Assembly: GCA_964615365.1 (NCBI GenBank)
Contig: CAZTOU010000011.1
Coordinates: 29,671 to 93,670, forward strand
DNA from: an uncultured Spirochaetales bacterium
GTDB taxonomy: Bacteria; Myxococcota_A; UBA9160; UBA6930
Length of the DNA: 64,000 nucleotides
Reading direction: 5' to 3'
The notes below the pieces were generated by a model. It had not been told where the DNA came from. It saw only the letters and a program-made list of their open reading frames with translations, and did no database searches. The position numbers and the translations under genes are program-made. The stretch's first letter is position 1; every line of letters starts with the position of its first letter. Of the stretch, positions 9,897-19,046 are shown one piece after another.

Positions 9897-11341
9897 GTTG
9901 GCTCCGCGTGGTCACCCTCTCCCGCGACCCTCGCGGTCGTTGGCGACAGGTCCACGGAGTATACGTGAACGGGCTCCACGCGACCGGACAGCTGGCGCTC
10001 TCCCTCGAACCGCAGCGCCACGTTTCCCCGAACCCGCCGCTGGACGGCCTCGGAGACCAGGATCTCGCCGGGTCGGGCCAGCTTCTCCAGGCGGTGGGCC
10101 ACGTTCACCGCGTCGCCCACCGCGGTGAAGTCGGTGCGCCGGTCGGAGCCGATGGTGCCGACCACCACCGCCCCGGTATGGATGCCGATGCCGACCTCCG
10201 CCCGGTGGGCGTCCTCGCCCAGCTTCAAGTTTCGCTCGGCGACCGCCTGCGCGATGTGGATGGCGGCGTTCACCGCATGCACGGCGTGGTCGGGATCCGG
10301 CACCGGCGCGCCGAAGTACGCCATCACCGAGTCGCCGATGAACTTGTCGATGGTGCCCCCTTCGGCGAGGAGGCGATCCGAGGCGAGCTGGAAGATCTCG
10401 TTCAGCAGCGCGACCACGTCACGCGCCTTGAGCCCCTCGGAGAGTCGCGTGAAGCTGCGAATGTCCGCGAACACGATGGTGACCTCGCGCTCCGCACCCT
10501 CCAGCTCGGTTCCCTCGGGGCTCTCCAGCAGCGTGTTGAGGACGTAGTCGCTGGCGTAGCGGCCGAAGGCCTTCTGGATCCGCTCCTTCTGCAGGAGCGA
10601 TTCGCCCATCATGTTGAAAGACCGCGTGAGCTCGCCGACTTCGTCCCGAGAGGTCGGCGGAATGCGCGTGGCCAGGTCGCCGTCGGCGAGTCGCTCGACG
10701 CCGGAGCGGAGGCGGCGCAGGGGGCCGACCAGGAGCGCGACGAAGCTGATTCCACCGGCGATGCCCAGCGCCACGACAGCGAGGGCGAGGGCGGCGAGCT
10801 GCCGCTGGCTCTCCGCCACCACGGGCTCGACCAGGACACCGAGGTCGAGCTCGATCTGGGCCTCCCCCACCTGCACGCCGCTCAGCACCACCGCCGCTGC
10901 CACCACCAGGTCGTCGCCGCGCCGCTCGATCACGGTCCGGCTCGGCGTCTCCGCGCTCCCCAGCAGGAAGCGCCCCTCTCGGCTGTATTCACTGGAATCC
11001 AGGGAGGCGACGATCCTCTCGGTGATGCCCCCGGATTCGGGGGTCTCGCGTCGGATCAGGCGCGCCCCGACCACACCCGGCTCCTCGCCGAGCTGCTGGA
11101 CGATGGCGTCGGTGAGCCGGTTCTCCCAGATCTCGAGGGGCTCGTCGGAGTTCTCGCCGGCCTCCATCAAGAGGATCTGGGCGACGCCGACCAAGTTGGT
11201 GGCGAGGGCGACACCGCGCTTGCCCACCTCGGATTCCAGCGCGGCGCGCTCGTGCCGGGTGGCCATCCAGGCCAGGCTGACGGACGCGGCGACCAGCAGT
11301 GTGGTCACCAGTGCGCTGAACTTCAGTTGCAGCGATCGCAC
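9893..11341 (-). CDS. Membrane-bound HAMP-domain class III adenylate/guanylate cyclase
   Basis: 482 aa: N-terminal TM, a periplasmic segment, a second TM, a HAMP segment (LRRLRSGVERLADGDLATRIP..DEVGEL) and a CHD cyclase core (VTIVFADIRSFT, GDSVMAYFG, GIHTGAVVVGTIG). Confidence 0.88.
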   Translation of the reverse strand: MRSLQLKFSALVTTLLVAASVSLAWMATRHERAALESEVGKRGVALATNLVGVAQILLMEAGENSDEPLEIWENRLTDAIVQQLGEEPGVVGARLIRRETPESGGITERIVASLDSSEYSREGRFLLGSAETPSRTVIERRGDDLVVAAAVVLSGVQVGEAQIELDLGVLVEPVVAESQRQLAALALAVVALGIAGGISFVALLVGPLRRLRSGVERLADGDLATRIPPTSRDEVGELTRSFNMMGESLLQKERIQKAFGRYASDYVLNTLLESPEGTELEGAEREVTIVFADIRSFTRLSEGLKARDVVALLNEIFQLASDRLLAEGGTIDKFIGDSVMAYFGAPVPDPDHAVHAVNAAIHIAQAVAERNLKLGEDAHRAEVGIGIHTGAVVVGTIGSDRRTDFTAVGDAVNVAHRLEKLARPGEILVSEAVQRRVRGNVALRFEGERQLSGRVEPVHVYSVDLSPTTARVAGEGDHAEPT

Positions 11342-11363
11342 CGATCGGCCTCGCCTGGACGCG

Positions 11364-11384
11364 AAAAAGGCGAGAAAACTCGCC
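11364..11384 (-). terminator. Rho-independent terminator downstream of greA
   Basis: The minus strand reads GGCGAG-UUUU-CUCGCC followed by UUUUU. It is located between the greA stop and the cyclase start. Confidence 0.6.
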
Positions 11385-11507
11385 AGGATACTCGGGCCCA
11401 GGCTACTCCAACGGCAAACCCGGACGCAACCTGCCGACGGATCCCCGGCGACCTGTCGTTTCGCTTCGGACCCCTCGCGCCTCGGCTCGGCGCCCGGCGG
11501 GCGCCCT

Positions 11508-11996
11508 TCATTCGAGACCCAGGCGGATCTCCAGGATCTCGAATTCCCGGACGCCTCCCGGTGCCCGGACCTCCACCTCGGAGCCCTGCTCCTTTCCCAT
11601 CAGGGCCCGCGCGACGGGCGAGGTCACCGAGATCAGGGCGCTCTTGAGATCGGCTTCGTCCTCGCCCACGATGGTGTAGGTGACCTCCTCGCCGGACTCG
11701 GCGTTCTCGAGCACCACGGTGGCACCGAAGCTCACGCGGTCGGTGCTCTGGCCGGTTCCGTCGATGACCTGGGCGCGTGCGAGCTTGTCCTCCAGAACCC
11801 GGATTCGCCCTTCGAGGTGCCCCTGGCGTTCCTTGGCCGCGTGGTACTCGGCGTTCTCCGCGATGTCGCCGTGGGCTCGGGCGTTCTCGATCTCCCGGAC
11901 GATCGTCGGTCGCTCGATGCTCTTGAGGCGTTTGAGCTCCTCTTCCAACATCGCGTGGCCGCGAGGAGTCATCGGGACTCGCTCCGAGCCGGGCAT
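11508..11996 (-). CDS. greA: Transcription elongation factor GreA
   Basis: Strong GreA pattern (PMTPRGHAMLEEELKRLK..RP.IV.EI..AR.HGD..ENAEYHAAKE.Q). The start is taken at the internal ATG at 11996; the ORF-track start at 12068 adds a non-conserved 24 aa. Confidence 0.9.
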   Translation of the reverse strand: MPGSERVPMTPRGHAMLEEELKRLKSIERPTIVREIENARAHGDIAENAEYHAAKERQGHLEGRIRVLEDKLARAQVIDGTGQSTDRVSFGATVVLENAESGEEVTYTIVGEDEADLKSALISVTSPVARALMGKEQGSEVEVRAPGGVREFEILEIRLGLE

Positions 11997-12132
11997 GGCG
12001 CCACCCCTTCCTGGCTTCGCGGCGCGGTCGAACTGGTGCTCGCCGACGTTCCATCCCATAACGCACATCGGCGCCCTCGCGGGGAGAGCGCCGACGGCAG
12101 AGCAAGGCTAACCGTCCCGGAGAGGAATCGCC

Positions 12133-12750
12133 ATGAATCCGGAAGACCAGTCGCCCCCCAGGGGAGAGGGCTCGCGAGGGTCCCTGGTTCCGCTGGCCCT
12201 CGCCTTGTACGCGACGATGGGGGCCGTGGCCGCCGTCTGGCGGCTGCTGAGCGACGGCCAGACCCCGTTTCTCGCAGCGCACGGGGCGGCGCCCGACGGC
12301 AGCCAGCTGTTCGGACATGCTCTCCTCGGGCTGCTCGCGGGTGGGGGGCTGATTGGCGTATCGCGGCTCTGGACCCGCTACAGCCGGGTGGGACGCGTCC
12401 TGGCGCAGCACCTCGCTTCGGTCCTGGGGCCTCAGACGGGGATGAGCGTGGTGGTCCTGGCCCTCGCCAGCGGCTTGGGAGAGGAGGTCTTCTTCCGCGG
12501 CGCGCTCCAACCGCGGGTGGGGCTGCTGCCGGCCAGCCTGCTCTTCGGCCTGGCGCATCTCGCCCCGAGGCGGGATCTGGCGCTCTGGGCCGGCTTCGCC
12601 CTCCTGGCGGGGCTGATCCTGGGTGCGCTCTTCGAGTACACCGGGAACCTGCTGGCGCCGGCCATCGCGCACGTCCTGGTCAACGCGGTCAACCTGCGCT
12701 GGCTCTCCCGGATATCCGCGCGAGGAGACGCACTCCCGCCGCCCGGCTAG
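12133..12750 (+). CDS. CPBP-family (CAAX) intramembrane glutamic protease
   Basis: 205-aa multi-TM protein with the CPBP motifs EEVFFRG, FGLAH and HVLVN. Confidence 0.8.
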   Translation: MNPEDQSPPRGEGSRGSLVPLALALYATMGAVAAVWRLLSDGQTPFLAAHGAAPDGSQLFGHALLGLLAGGGLIGVSRLWTRYSRVGRVLAQHLASVLGPQTGMSVVVLALASGLGEEVFFRGALQPRVGLLPASLLFGLAHLAPRRDLALWAGFALLAGLILGALFEYTGNLLAPAIAHVLVNAVNLRWLSRISARGDALPPPG

Positions 12751-12774
12751 CGAGTCGACCAGGAGCCCGGATCG

Positions 12775-13173
12775 TTACCGATCGGTGTCGGTGGTCGCGA
12801 TCGCGTCGACCTCGATCTGGACGCCGAGGGGGAGGCTGGCAACGCCCACGGTGCTGCGCGCCGGCTTGGGGTCGCCGGTGAACTCCCGCTCGTAGACCGC
12901 GTTCACGCGCGGAAAGAGCGAGAGGTCCGTCAGGTAGATCGAGGTCCGCAGGACTCGCTCGATGCCCGAGCCCGCCGCCTCGAGCACGGCGCGCAGGTTC
13001 GCGAAGACCCGAGTCGCCTGGGCCTCGATCTCACCCTCGACGATCTCGCCGGTGGCCGGGTCGAGGGGAATCTGTCCGGAGACGTAGACCAGTCCCCGAT
13101 GGACGACCGCCTGCGAGTAGGGACCGACCGGCGCGGGAGCGTGCACGGTTCGGACTCCCTTGGGGTCTGTCAC
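12775..13173 (-). CDS. ridA: RidA/YjgF/TdcF-family reactive-intermediate deaminase
   Basis: 132 aa with family motifs (APAPVGPYSQAV....LVYVSGQIPLDP.TGE, RSTVGVASLP.G..IE.DAIA). Confidence 0.9.
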   Translation of the reverse strand: MTDPKGVRTVHAPAPVGPYSQAVVHRGLVYVSGQIPLDPATGEIVEGEIEAQATRVFANLRAVLEAAGSGIERVLRTSIYLTDLSLFPRVNAVYEREFTGDPKPARSTVGVASLPLGVQIEVDAIATTDTDR

Positions 13174-13176
13174 GGT

Positions 13177-13437
13177 TCAAGAGGCGCCGAAGTCGCCGTC
13201 TTCGTCGAGCAACCGCTCCTCGAGCACGCGCAGCAGATAGCCGAGCAGCATGAGATTGGGCAGTCGCTTGAACGACTTCCCCTCGATCCCCTCCGACTTC
13301 CCGAAGGACTCGGCATAGGAGTCGAAGAACTCCAGCGTTTCCAGCGGAACGTTCTTCGCGAGAACCTCGTTGATCTGTTCCGCCGGCAGCTCACCGAACA
13401 GGTCGGCGAACTCCCATGCAAGTTCCGAGTGTGTCAT
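13177..13437 (-). CDS. Small acidic hypothetical protein (86 aa)
   Basis: The internal ATG at 13437 gives MTHSELAWEFADLFGELPAEQ... The codon usage is GC3-rich like the host genes, and the stop is 4 nt before the ridA start. I recognise no family. Confidence 0.45.
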   Translation of the reverse strand: MTHSELAWEFADLFGELPAEQINEVLAKNVPLETLEFFDSYAESFGKSEGIEGKSFKRLPNLMLLGYLLRVLEERLLDEDGDFGAS

Positions 13438-13680
13438 CGGGGGCTCCGATTGCCGCGTGTGATCGCGGACCCAAAGTCGATCCTGCCATCGGGGACACTG
13501 GTTGTCAATGCAATGCGCCCTTCGTCGGTGTGCAAGTCGCAGGGAATGCGCACCGACGCGCACCGTTTCGCAACTCCCGCGCAGCTCGCGAACCACGACG
13601 GCCGCACTCCCGAGCCCCGATCGGCGTTCCACACCGACGGCGCTGTCGAGCCGCCGCCAGGAGGCGTTTGCGTTGCGGAT

Positions 13681-14241
13681 TCACAGTCGCAGCGAGCCAA
13701 CTTGCCGGTGGGTTACCGGGCGGTCCGGGGCCGGAATCCTGCGCACCTCTCTCCCCGATTCCTCTTCCATGCGCTCCTCGGTGCTCCGGTCGAAGACCGC
13801 CTCCCGGACGAAGAGCGGCGCCTGGTAGCGGAGCCCGATCGCGATGGCATCGCTGGGCCGCGAGTCGATCTCCACGATGCGCCCCTGGTCGTTGACCACG
13901 ATCAGCGCGTAGTAGATGTCCTCGGCGAGCTGGGTCACCACGACCCGCTCGACGCTCCCCTCCAGGCGATCGATGAGTCGCTTGGCCAGATCGTGGGTGT
14001 TGGGTCGCGGCAGGCGCTGATTCTCGAGGGCGGAAGCGATGGATTGCGCCTCGTTGAATCCGATCCAGATGGGCAGGCGTCTCGTGCCTTCGACCTCTTC
14101 CAGAACCACCACCGGCGTGTTCGAGAGCGGATCGAGCGTCACGGATTCGACCCGAACCGCGACCTCGGGCTCGGCTCCCGGATCCGGTGAGCAGCTCGGG
14201 ACGAGCGCGGCGAGAAGCAGCGCGAGGAGTCGTCGATTCAT
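13681..14241 (-). CDS. Bifunctional-nuclease (BFN/DUF151) domain lipoprotein
   Basis: 186 aa with a signal/lipobox (LLLAALVPSC) and a BFN core (LPIWIG..EA.SIA.AL......RP.THDL....I..L...V..V.V......YYA.I......I..DSRPSDAIA). Confidence 0.75.
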   Translation of the reverse strand: MNRRLLALLLAALVPSCSPDPGAEPEVAVRVESVTLDPLSNTPVVVLEEVEGTRRLPIWIGFNEAQSIASALENQRLPRPNTHDLAKRLIDRLEGSVERVVVTQLAEDIYYALIVVNDQGRIVEIDSRPSDAIAIGLRYQAPLFVREAVFDRSTEERMEEESGREVRRIPAPDRPVTHRQVGSLRL

Positions 14242-14436
14242 CGGGAGGCCTCGACTTCCCCCAATGATACTCCCAGAAGGGCGGTTGTCCCAAGCATCGG
14301 TTCGAGCGGCCGGACGTCCGACGGGTGGTGCACAGCTCCTCGAGCCGGGTCAGGATCACCTCGTGCTCGAGGGCGCGCCAGGGATCCTCGCCCTCGCCCA
14401 GCAGGTGTGCCACCTGGTCGGGTGTGACCGCGCCGG

Positions 14437-15312
14437 TCAATGGCTTCTCGATGTCGCAGCACTTCCCATCAGCATGTACTGCCCCACCTCCGCGCCAGCG
14501 GACCGGCTGATGACCGGACACTTGACCCGGAACAGGAAGTAGATGTTTCCGGGTGCGTCGCTGAGCGTCTCGAAGTTCCCCTGGCCCTTGGCGATGATCA
14601 CTTCCGCGGCTTCGAAGAGGGTGCGGACTTCCGGGCGGACCTCGGCGAGGACCGTTCCCGGTGCGTCGTTTCCGGTGTCGAGGACGGGGACCAACCGATC
14701 GAGCCCCGCGAAGCGAGCATCTTCGAGAGTGGCATCGTTCAGAACCGGCTGGCCGCGGACTGCGAAGGTGATGTCGGCAGCGGAGTACCGTTTCAGCACC
14801 TCGACCAGCAGCCGGTCGAACACGATCTCTCCGGCATTGTCTCCGAGGTAGAGCACGGAGCGGGCCTGCGAGACGTCTGCCTTGAACGCCGCGTAGTCCA
14901 TCACCCCGAACGAGGCGCTTTCCGCGTCGCGCCACTCCCGGTCGAAGTCGAAGCCGCCCGCCATGGCCCCGAAGTCGATCACGTTGCCTGCGATCGAGAG
15001 CCGGACCGCCAGCTCGAGTGGATCCTCGGCCCGTTCCACCATGGCTCGGAGCCGGGGCAGGAGGGCGAGTGCCCGGGTGTTGTACTCGCGCTTCCTGCCC
15101 GCGTAGGGGTCCGGGTTCTCGGAGACCTCTCGAATCAGGCGGTGTGTCCTGCGCGCGATCTCCGGCGGAGAGAGGTCATGGGGGAGCTCCATCAGCATCC
15201 CCATGACCCCGTTCAAGATCTCCCGTTGCCGCGCCGGGTCCGTCGAGGCCACCCTGGCCGCTTCGAGAGCCTGCTTTAGCAGGCAGGGAAGACAATCGAG
15301 CTGTGTCCTCAC
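14437..15312 (-). CDS. DUF89/ARMT1-family damage-control phosphatase-like protein
   Basis: 291 aa with an N-terminal C.PC motif (LDCLPCLLKQ) and the metal-binding motifs LGDNAGEIVFD and KGQGNFETL. Confidence 0.8.
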   Translation of the reverse strand: MRTQLDCLPCLLKQALEAARVASTDPARQREILNGVMGMLMELPHDLSPPEIARRTHRLIREVSENPDPYAGRKREYNTRALALLPRLRAMVERAEDPLELAVRLSIAGNVIDFGAMAGGFDFDREWRDAESASFGVMDYAAFKADVSQARSVLYLGDNAGEIVFDRLLVEVLKRYSAADITFAVRGQPVLNDATLEDARFAGLDRLVPVLDTGNDAPGTVLAEVRPEVRTLFEAAEVIIAKGQGNFETLSDAPGNIYFLFRVKCPVISRSAGAEVGQYMLMGSAATSRSH

Positions 15313-15550
15313 GGATGCTGGATCCCCTGGTTCCTGGCGGATCCTCGCAAATTCTCGGTCAGATGCATTCCGTTTTCTCTATCCCTTGTTCGAATCACGC
15401 GAACCCGGTCGAGCCGGCGTCGTGACGACATCTCCTCGCCGGGGAATCGGCGGCTATCATGATCGGAACCTCTCCGCGGAGGATCCGGTCTCTTGTCGGA
15501 AGGGGAGGGCGACCGGAGGCGGGTCATCCCGATCTCGGAAGGGGCTCCCG

Positions 15551-17101
15551 ATGATGCAGGTACTGAGCGAGGAACAACTGGATCGCATCCACGATGCGTC
15601 GCTTCGGCTCCTGGAGAGCAACGGCGTGACGTTTCACGGGAGCTCCGAGGCCGTCCAGGTGCTAGGCGAGCACGGCTGCCGCGTCGATGGCTTCCGCGTG
15701 CGCTTTCCGAGGGCGATGGTCGAGGAGTCCCTCGGTCTCGTACCCGACCGCAACCGGCTCTACTTCGACTACGCGCCTCTGGCCGTGGCCGAGCCGATGA
15801 GCCTGACGAAGGGCGAGAGCCACGTCGGGCTGATCGGGAATGCCTTCTACGTCTACGACTTCGAGCGGGGATCGCACCGGGACTGCGTCGAGGCGGACGA
15901 GCCCGACAAGTCCCTGGTCCTCGATACCCTGGAGAACGTGGAGTTCGACTGCTGCAATCTCGTCTTCCATTCCGAGCGGGTGGGCAAGAGGACCCCGCCG
16001 GACTTCAGCGTCGTGGAGAACGCGACCAGTCTGCTTCGATGCCGGGTCCAGGACAGGGCTCGTGCGCTCGCGCTGACGGGTCGGGATCCGAACACGCTTC
16101 CGATGCGACTGCTCAGCCGGACCGGTCAGGAGTGGCTCCTCGAGGGGCTGAGCATCCTGGCGTTGCAGGGACGAGCGGATGGAGAAGCGCTGATCGAGAG
16201 GTGCTTCATTCCGTTCGTCTGGTGCAATCCCAAGAGCCCCCTCCAGTACTCCGCCGAGGAGACCGCGGGCATCATCCGGGTGGCGAGGAGCACCGCGGCG
16301 TCGCGTTGGGCGATGATCTCGCCGGAGGTCATGCTGGGTGCGACGGGTCCCGTTACCGTCGCCGGCGCGCTGGTGCAGCACAACGCGGAGGTGCTCGCCG
16401 GGGTCATCCTGGCGCAGCGGGTGCAGGCGGGCACCCCGGTCATCTACGGGTGCGTCAGCGCCCCCATGGACCTTCGCACGGCCGAGATCTCGCAGGGCAG
16501 CTTCGAGACCGCCCTGATCAACGCCGCCTCCGTCCAGCTGGCCGATCGCTACGGGTTGCCCTCCCGTATCGCTCCGGGCAACACCAGTGCCCGCCAGCCC
16601 GGCGTCCGGGCGGCGGTGGAGCTCACGCTGGGCCTGCACATGGGACTGGCTGCGGGAGGCAATCTCATCACCACCGGGCTGCTCGATTCCACCGTGATGG
16701 TCAGCTACGAGCACACCGTCCTGCTGGACGAGCTGGTCGGGCAGCTCAAGAGCGCCACGCAGGGCATCCGGACCGACGAGAGCGGAATGGCCCAGGACGT
16801 CCTCCGCGAGCACGGCAACCCCTCGCCCGACTTCCTCGGCGCCGATCATACGCTCGAGCACATGAAGCGGGACGTCTACTACTCGGACTACACCGGCCGG
16901 ACCAAGCGGTCCTACGAAGACTGGTACGAGAAGGCGCACGCCCGCGTTGGACAGGTGCTCGATCGTCATCCGAACGACGCGCGTCTGGAGCCCGTCATCG
17001 AGGAGAGACTGGCAGCCGTCGAAGCGCGCCTGCGGGAGGACAACGAGAGCTGGCGCCGCGCAGAGGGCGATTGGTGGCAGTTCTACATCCAGGACTTCTA
17101 G
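15551..17101 (+). CDS. MttB-superfamily methyltransferase, non-pyrrolysine type
   Basis: The start is taken at ATGATG 15551 (MMQVLSEEQLDRIHDASLRLLESNGV, a typical MttB N-terminus), giving 516 aa. There is no in-frame TAG. The rest of the 632-aa track ORF upstream is non-coding leader. Confidence 0.75.
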   Translation: MMQVLSEEQLDRIHDASLRLLESNGVTFHGSSEAVQVLGEHGCRVDGFRVRFPRAMVEESLGLVPDRNRLYFDYAPLAVAEPMSLTKGESHVGLIGNAFYVYDFERGSHRDCVEADEPDKSLVLDTLENVEFDCCNLVFHSERVGKRTPPDFSVVENATSLLRCRVQDRARALALTGRDPNTLPMRLLSRTGQEWLLEGLSILALQGRADGEALIERCFIPFVWCNPKSPLQYSAEETAGIIRVARSTAASRWAMISPEVMLGATGPVTVAGALVQHNAEVLAGVILAQRVQAGTPVIYGCVSAPMDLRTAEISQGSFETALINAASVQLADRYGLPSRIAPGNTSARQPGVRAAVELTLGLHMGLAAGGNLITTGLLDSTVMVSYEHTVLLDELVGQLKSATQGIRTDESGMAQDVLREHGNPSPDFLGADHTLEHMKRDVYYSDYTGRTKRSYEDWYEKAHARVGQVLDRHPNDARLEPVIEERLAAVEARLREDNESWRRAEGDWWQFYIQDF

Positions 17102-17107
17102 CCCGCG

Positions 17108-17524
17108 TCAGCCTGCGCTGCGCATCGCCAATCGGTAGCCCACCACCCCCAGCACCATCGCGCCGACGAAGATCGCGACTTCCGGTGATCCGCGGAAGAG
17201 ATTCGCGAGGGCCGGGCCCGGGCAGAGCCCCACCAATCCCCAGCCCGCTCCGAAGAGCACGGCGCCGCCCAGGAGGGGGGCGTCGATGTCGCGCCGCGTC
17301 GGGATCGCGAAGGCTTCGCCCAGCCACGAGCGCTCGCGGCGGCGGGCGATCTGATAGCCGCCGGCACTCACCAGCAGCGCGCCGCCCATCACGAAAGCGA
17401 GGGTCGGATCCCAGCGGCCCGCGATGTCGAGGAAGGCCAGCACCTTGGCGGGGTTCGTCATGCCCGAGATGGCGAGGCCGGCGCCGAAGACGATTCCGCA
17501 GAGAGCCGCAACCCCGAGCTTCAT
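17108..17524 (-). CDS. YeeE/YedE-family small membrane protein (sulfur-compound transport component, second half)
   Basis: 138-aa protein with four hydrophobic helices and the motifs GMTNPAKV and GWGLVGLCPGPA. Its ATG overlaps the upstream paralogue's stop (ATGA). Confidence 0.75.
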   Translation of the reverse strand: MKLGVAALCGIVFGAGLAISGMTNPAKVLAFLDIAGRWDPTLAFVMGGALLVSAGGYQIARRRERSWLGEAFAIPTRRDIDAPLLGGAVLFGAGWGLVGLCPGPALANLFRGSPEVAIFVGAMVLGVVGYRLAMRSAG

Positions 17525-17955
17525 CCGGATCCCCCCAGCAGATGGCGAACGACGAAGACCGTCGCGCCCGCGGTGGCCATGAAGGTCAGGGTGGCGACGA
17601 TGGAGCGCCTCGAGCCGCGACCCATCCCGCAGACGCCGTGCCCGCTCGTGCAGCCGTTGCCGAGCTGGGTCCCGATGCCGACCAGGAGACCGCCGGCGAT
17701 CAGCAGCAGCGGGTTCGAAGCCATGGCAAAGCCCGGGATATCGCCGGTGAGGGTTGCGGCCAGCCAGGCCCCGAGCGGCAGGCCAGCCAAGAAGGCGATT
17801 CGCCACGGCAGGTCCTCACCGCGGGCGAAGAAGCCGCGGCCGAGGATCCCGCTGATCCCCGCGATCTTGCCGCCTGCCAGCAGAAGGACGGCACTCGCGA
17901 TGCCGATCAAGGCTCCGCCGAAGAGCCCGGCACCCGGTGTGAACGCGGCTTCCAT
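17521..17955 (-). CDS. YeeE/YedE-family small membrane protein (first half, conserved Cys motif)
   Basis: 144 aa with GNGCTSGHGVCG, the hallmark of the YeeE/YedE sulfur transport family. Confidence 0.78.
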   Translation of the reverse strand: MEAAFTPGAGLFGGALIGIASAVLLLAGGKIAGISGILGRGFFARGEDLPWRIAFLAGLPLGAWLAATLTGDIPGFAMASNPLLLIAGGLLVGIGTQLGNGCTSGHGVCGMGRGSRRSIVATLTFMATAGATVFVVRHLLGGSG

Positions 17956-18821
17956 CAGTCCGAACTCGTCCTCCCCAACCTGTCGAGGGGGATCTTGAGA
18001 TAGGAGGTTCCGTTCTCTTCCGGCTCCGGCAGCTCGCCGGCGCGGATGTTGACCTGAATCGAGGGCAGGATCAGGACCGGCGCCGCCAGCTCGGCGTCCC
18101 TCTTCTCGCGGAAGGCGACGAATTCGTCGCGGCTGGTGCGCGCGGTGATCTGGACATTGCCGCGCTTGTGCTCGGCGACGGTGGTTTCGTAGACGACGGG
18201 CCGGCCTCCCGGCTGGTAGTCGTGACACATGAAGAGCCGCGTCTCGTCGGGCAGGGCATAGAGGCGCTGGATGGAGTCGTAGAGCTCGGTGGCCGAGCCG
18301 CCGGGGAAGTCGCAGCGCGCCGCTCCGTAGTCGGGCGGGAAGAGCGTGTCGCCCACGAAGACGGCGTCGCCGATCTTCCACGACATGTGCGCCGGCGTAT
18401 GGCCCGGGGTGTGGAGAGCTTCCACTTCCAGGCTGCCGAACGGCAGACGATCCCCCTCATCGATCAGAAGATCGAACTGGCTGCCGTCCACGGGAAAGTC
18501 GTCGGCGAGGTGGTAGAGGTCGCGGAAGACGCGCTGGATCTCCCCGATGCTCGCGCCGGTCACCGTCTGTGCACCGTAGCGCTCCTTGAAGAAGGGAAGT
18601 CCCGTCATGTGGTCCGCGTGGGCGTGGGTATCCACGACGTAGGGGATCTCCAGTCCCTGGCTTGCGATGTAGGACGCCACGGTCTCCGACGACTCCCAGG
18701 AGGTGCGGGCGTTCTTGGGGTCGTAGTCCCTGACCGGGTCGATCACGACACCCGTCCGGCCGTCGTCGACCACGTAGGTGAGCGTCGAGGTCGCCTCGTG
18801 GAAGAAGTGCCGAACCCTCAC
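17955..18821 (-). CDS. MBL-fold metallo-hydrolase, persulfide-dioxygenase-like
   Basis: The GTG at 18821 with the SD gagggga gives VRVRHFFHEATSTLTYVV... It has the metal motif DTHAHADH and a later HTPGHTP. About 288 aa, a length typical of ETHE1/Blh-like enzymes. Confidence 0.75.
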   Translation of the reverse strand: MRVRHFFHEATSTLTYVVDDGRTGVVIDPVRDYDPKNARTSWESSETVASYIASQGLEIPYVVDTHAHADHMTGLPFFKERYGAQTVTGASIGEIQRVFRDLYHLADDFPVDGSQFDLLIDEGDRLPFGSLEVEALHTPGHTPAHMSWKIGDAVFVGDTLFPPDYGAARCDFPGGSATELYDSIQRLYALPDETRLFMCHDYQPGGRPVVYETTVAEHKRGNVQITARTSRDEFVAFREKRDAELAAPVLILPSIQVNIRAGELPEPEENGTSYLKIPLDRLGRTSSD

Positions 18822-18940
18822 AGCTCGTCCCCTCGCGTGCGTCCGGAGGCAGATGATCTGGTCACCGCTTCGGCACGCCACTCTACTCGAGGAGGTCCGC
18901 GTCTGTCGAATCGCTGGCAGTACTCCTGTGCACCGGCCCC

Positions 18941-19003
18941 AGACGAAAGCGCGGGCCCCGAAGGACCCGCGCCGTGCAAAACCCTGGCGGGTCTGCGTCT
19001 TTG
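18941..19003 (-). repeat. Double-hairpin terminator-like module, copy B (paralogue of the module downstream of tRNA-Pro)
   Basis: 28 nt (aaagcgcgggccccgaaggacccgcgc) are identical to 25717-25743. A second hairpin follows (minus strand GCAGACCC-GCCA-GGGUUUUGC) that keeps its pairing through changed bases relative to copy A. Confidence 0.6.
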
Positions 19004-19046
19004 TGCTTCCCGAGACAGGGCTGACACATCGTTCCGGACACATGGT

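Noticed and set aside
11487-11503. GC-rich hairpin ggcgcccggcgggcgcc right after the greA stop, considered as the greA terminator
   Set aside because: It has no U-tract. The hairpin plus U5 at 11364-11384 is a better intrinsic terminator candidate, and the first hairpin may just be GC-rich palindromic noise.
15313-15550. Possible cobalamin riboswitch in the leader of the MttB-family gene (ggggaatcggcgg...)
   Set aside because: No B12-box (GCCACTG-like) or the other conserved cobalamin-riboswitch elements are visible. The similarity is limited to a short G-rich string.
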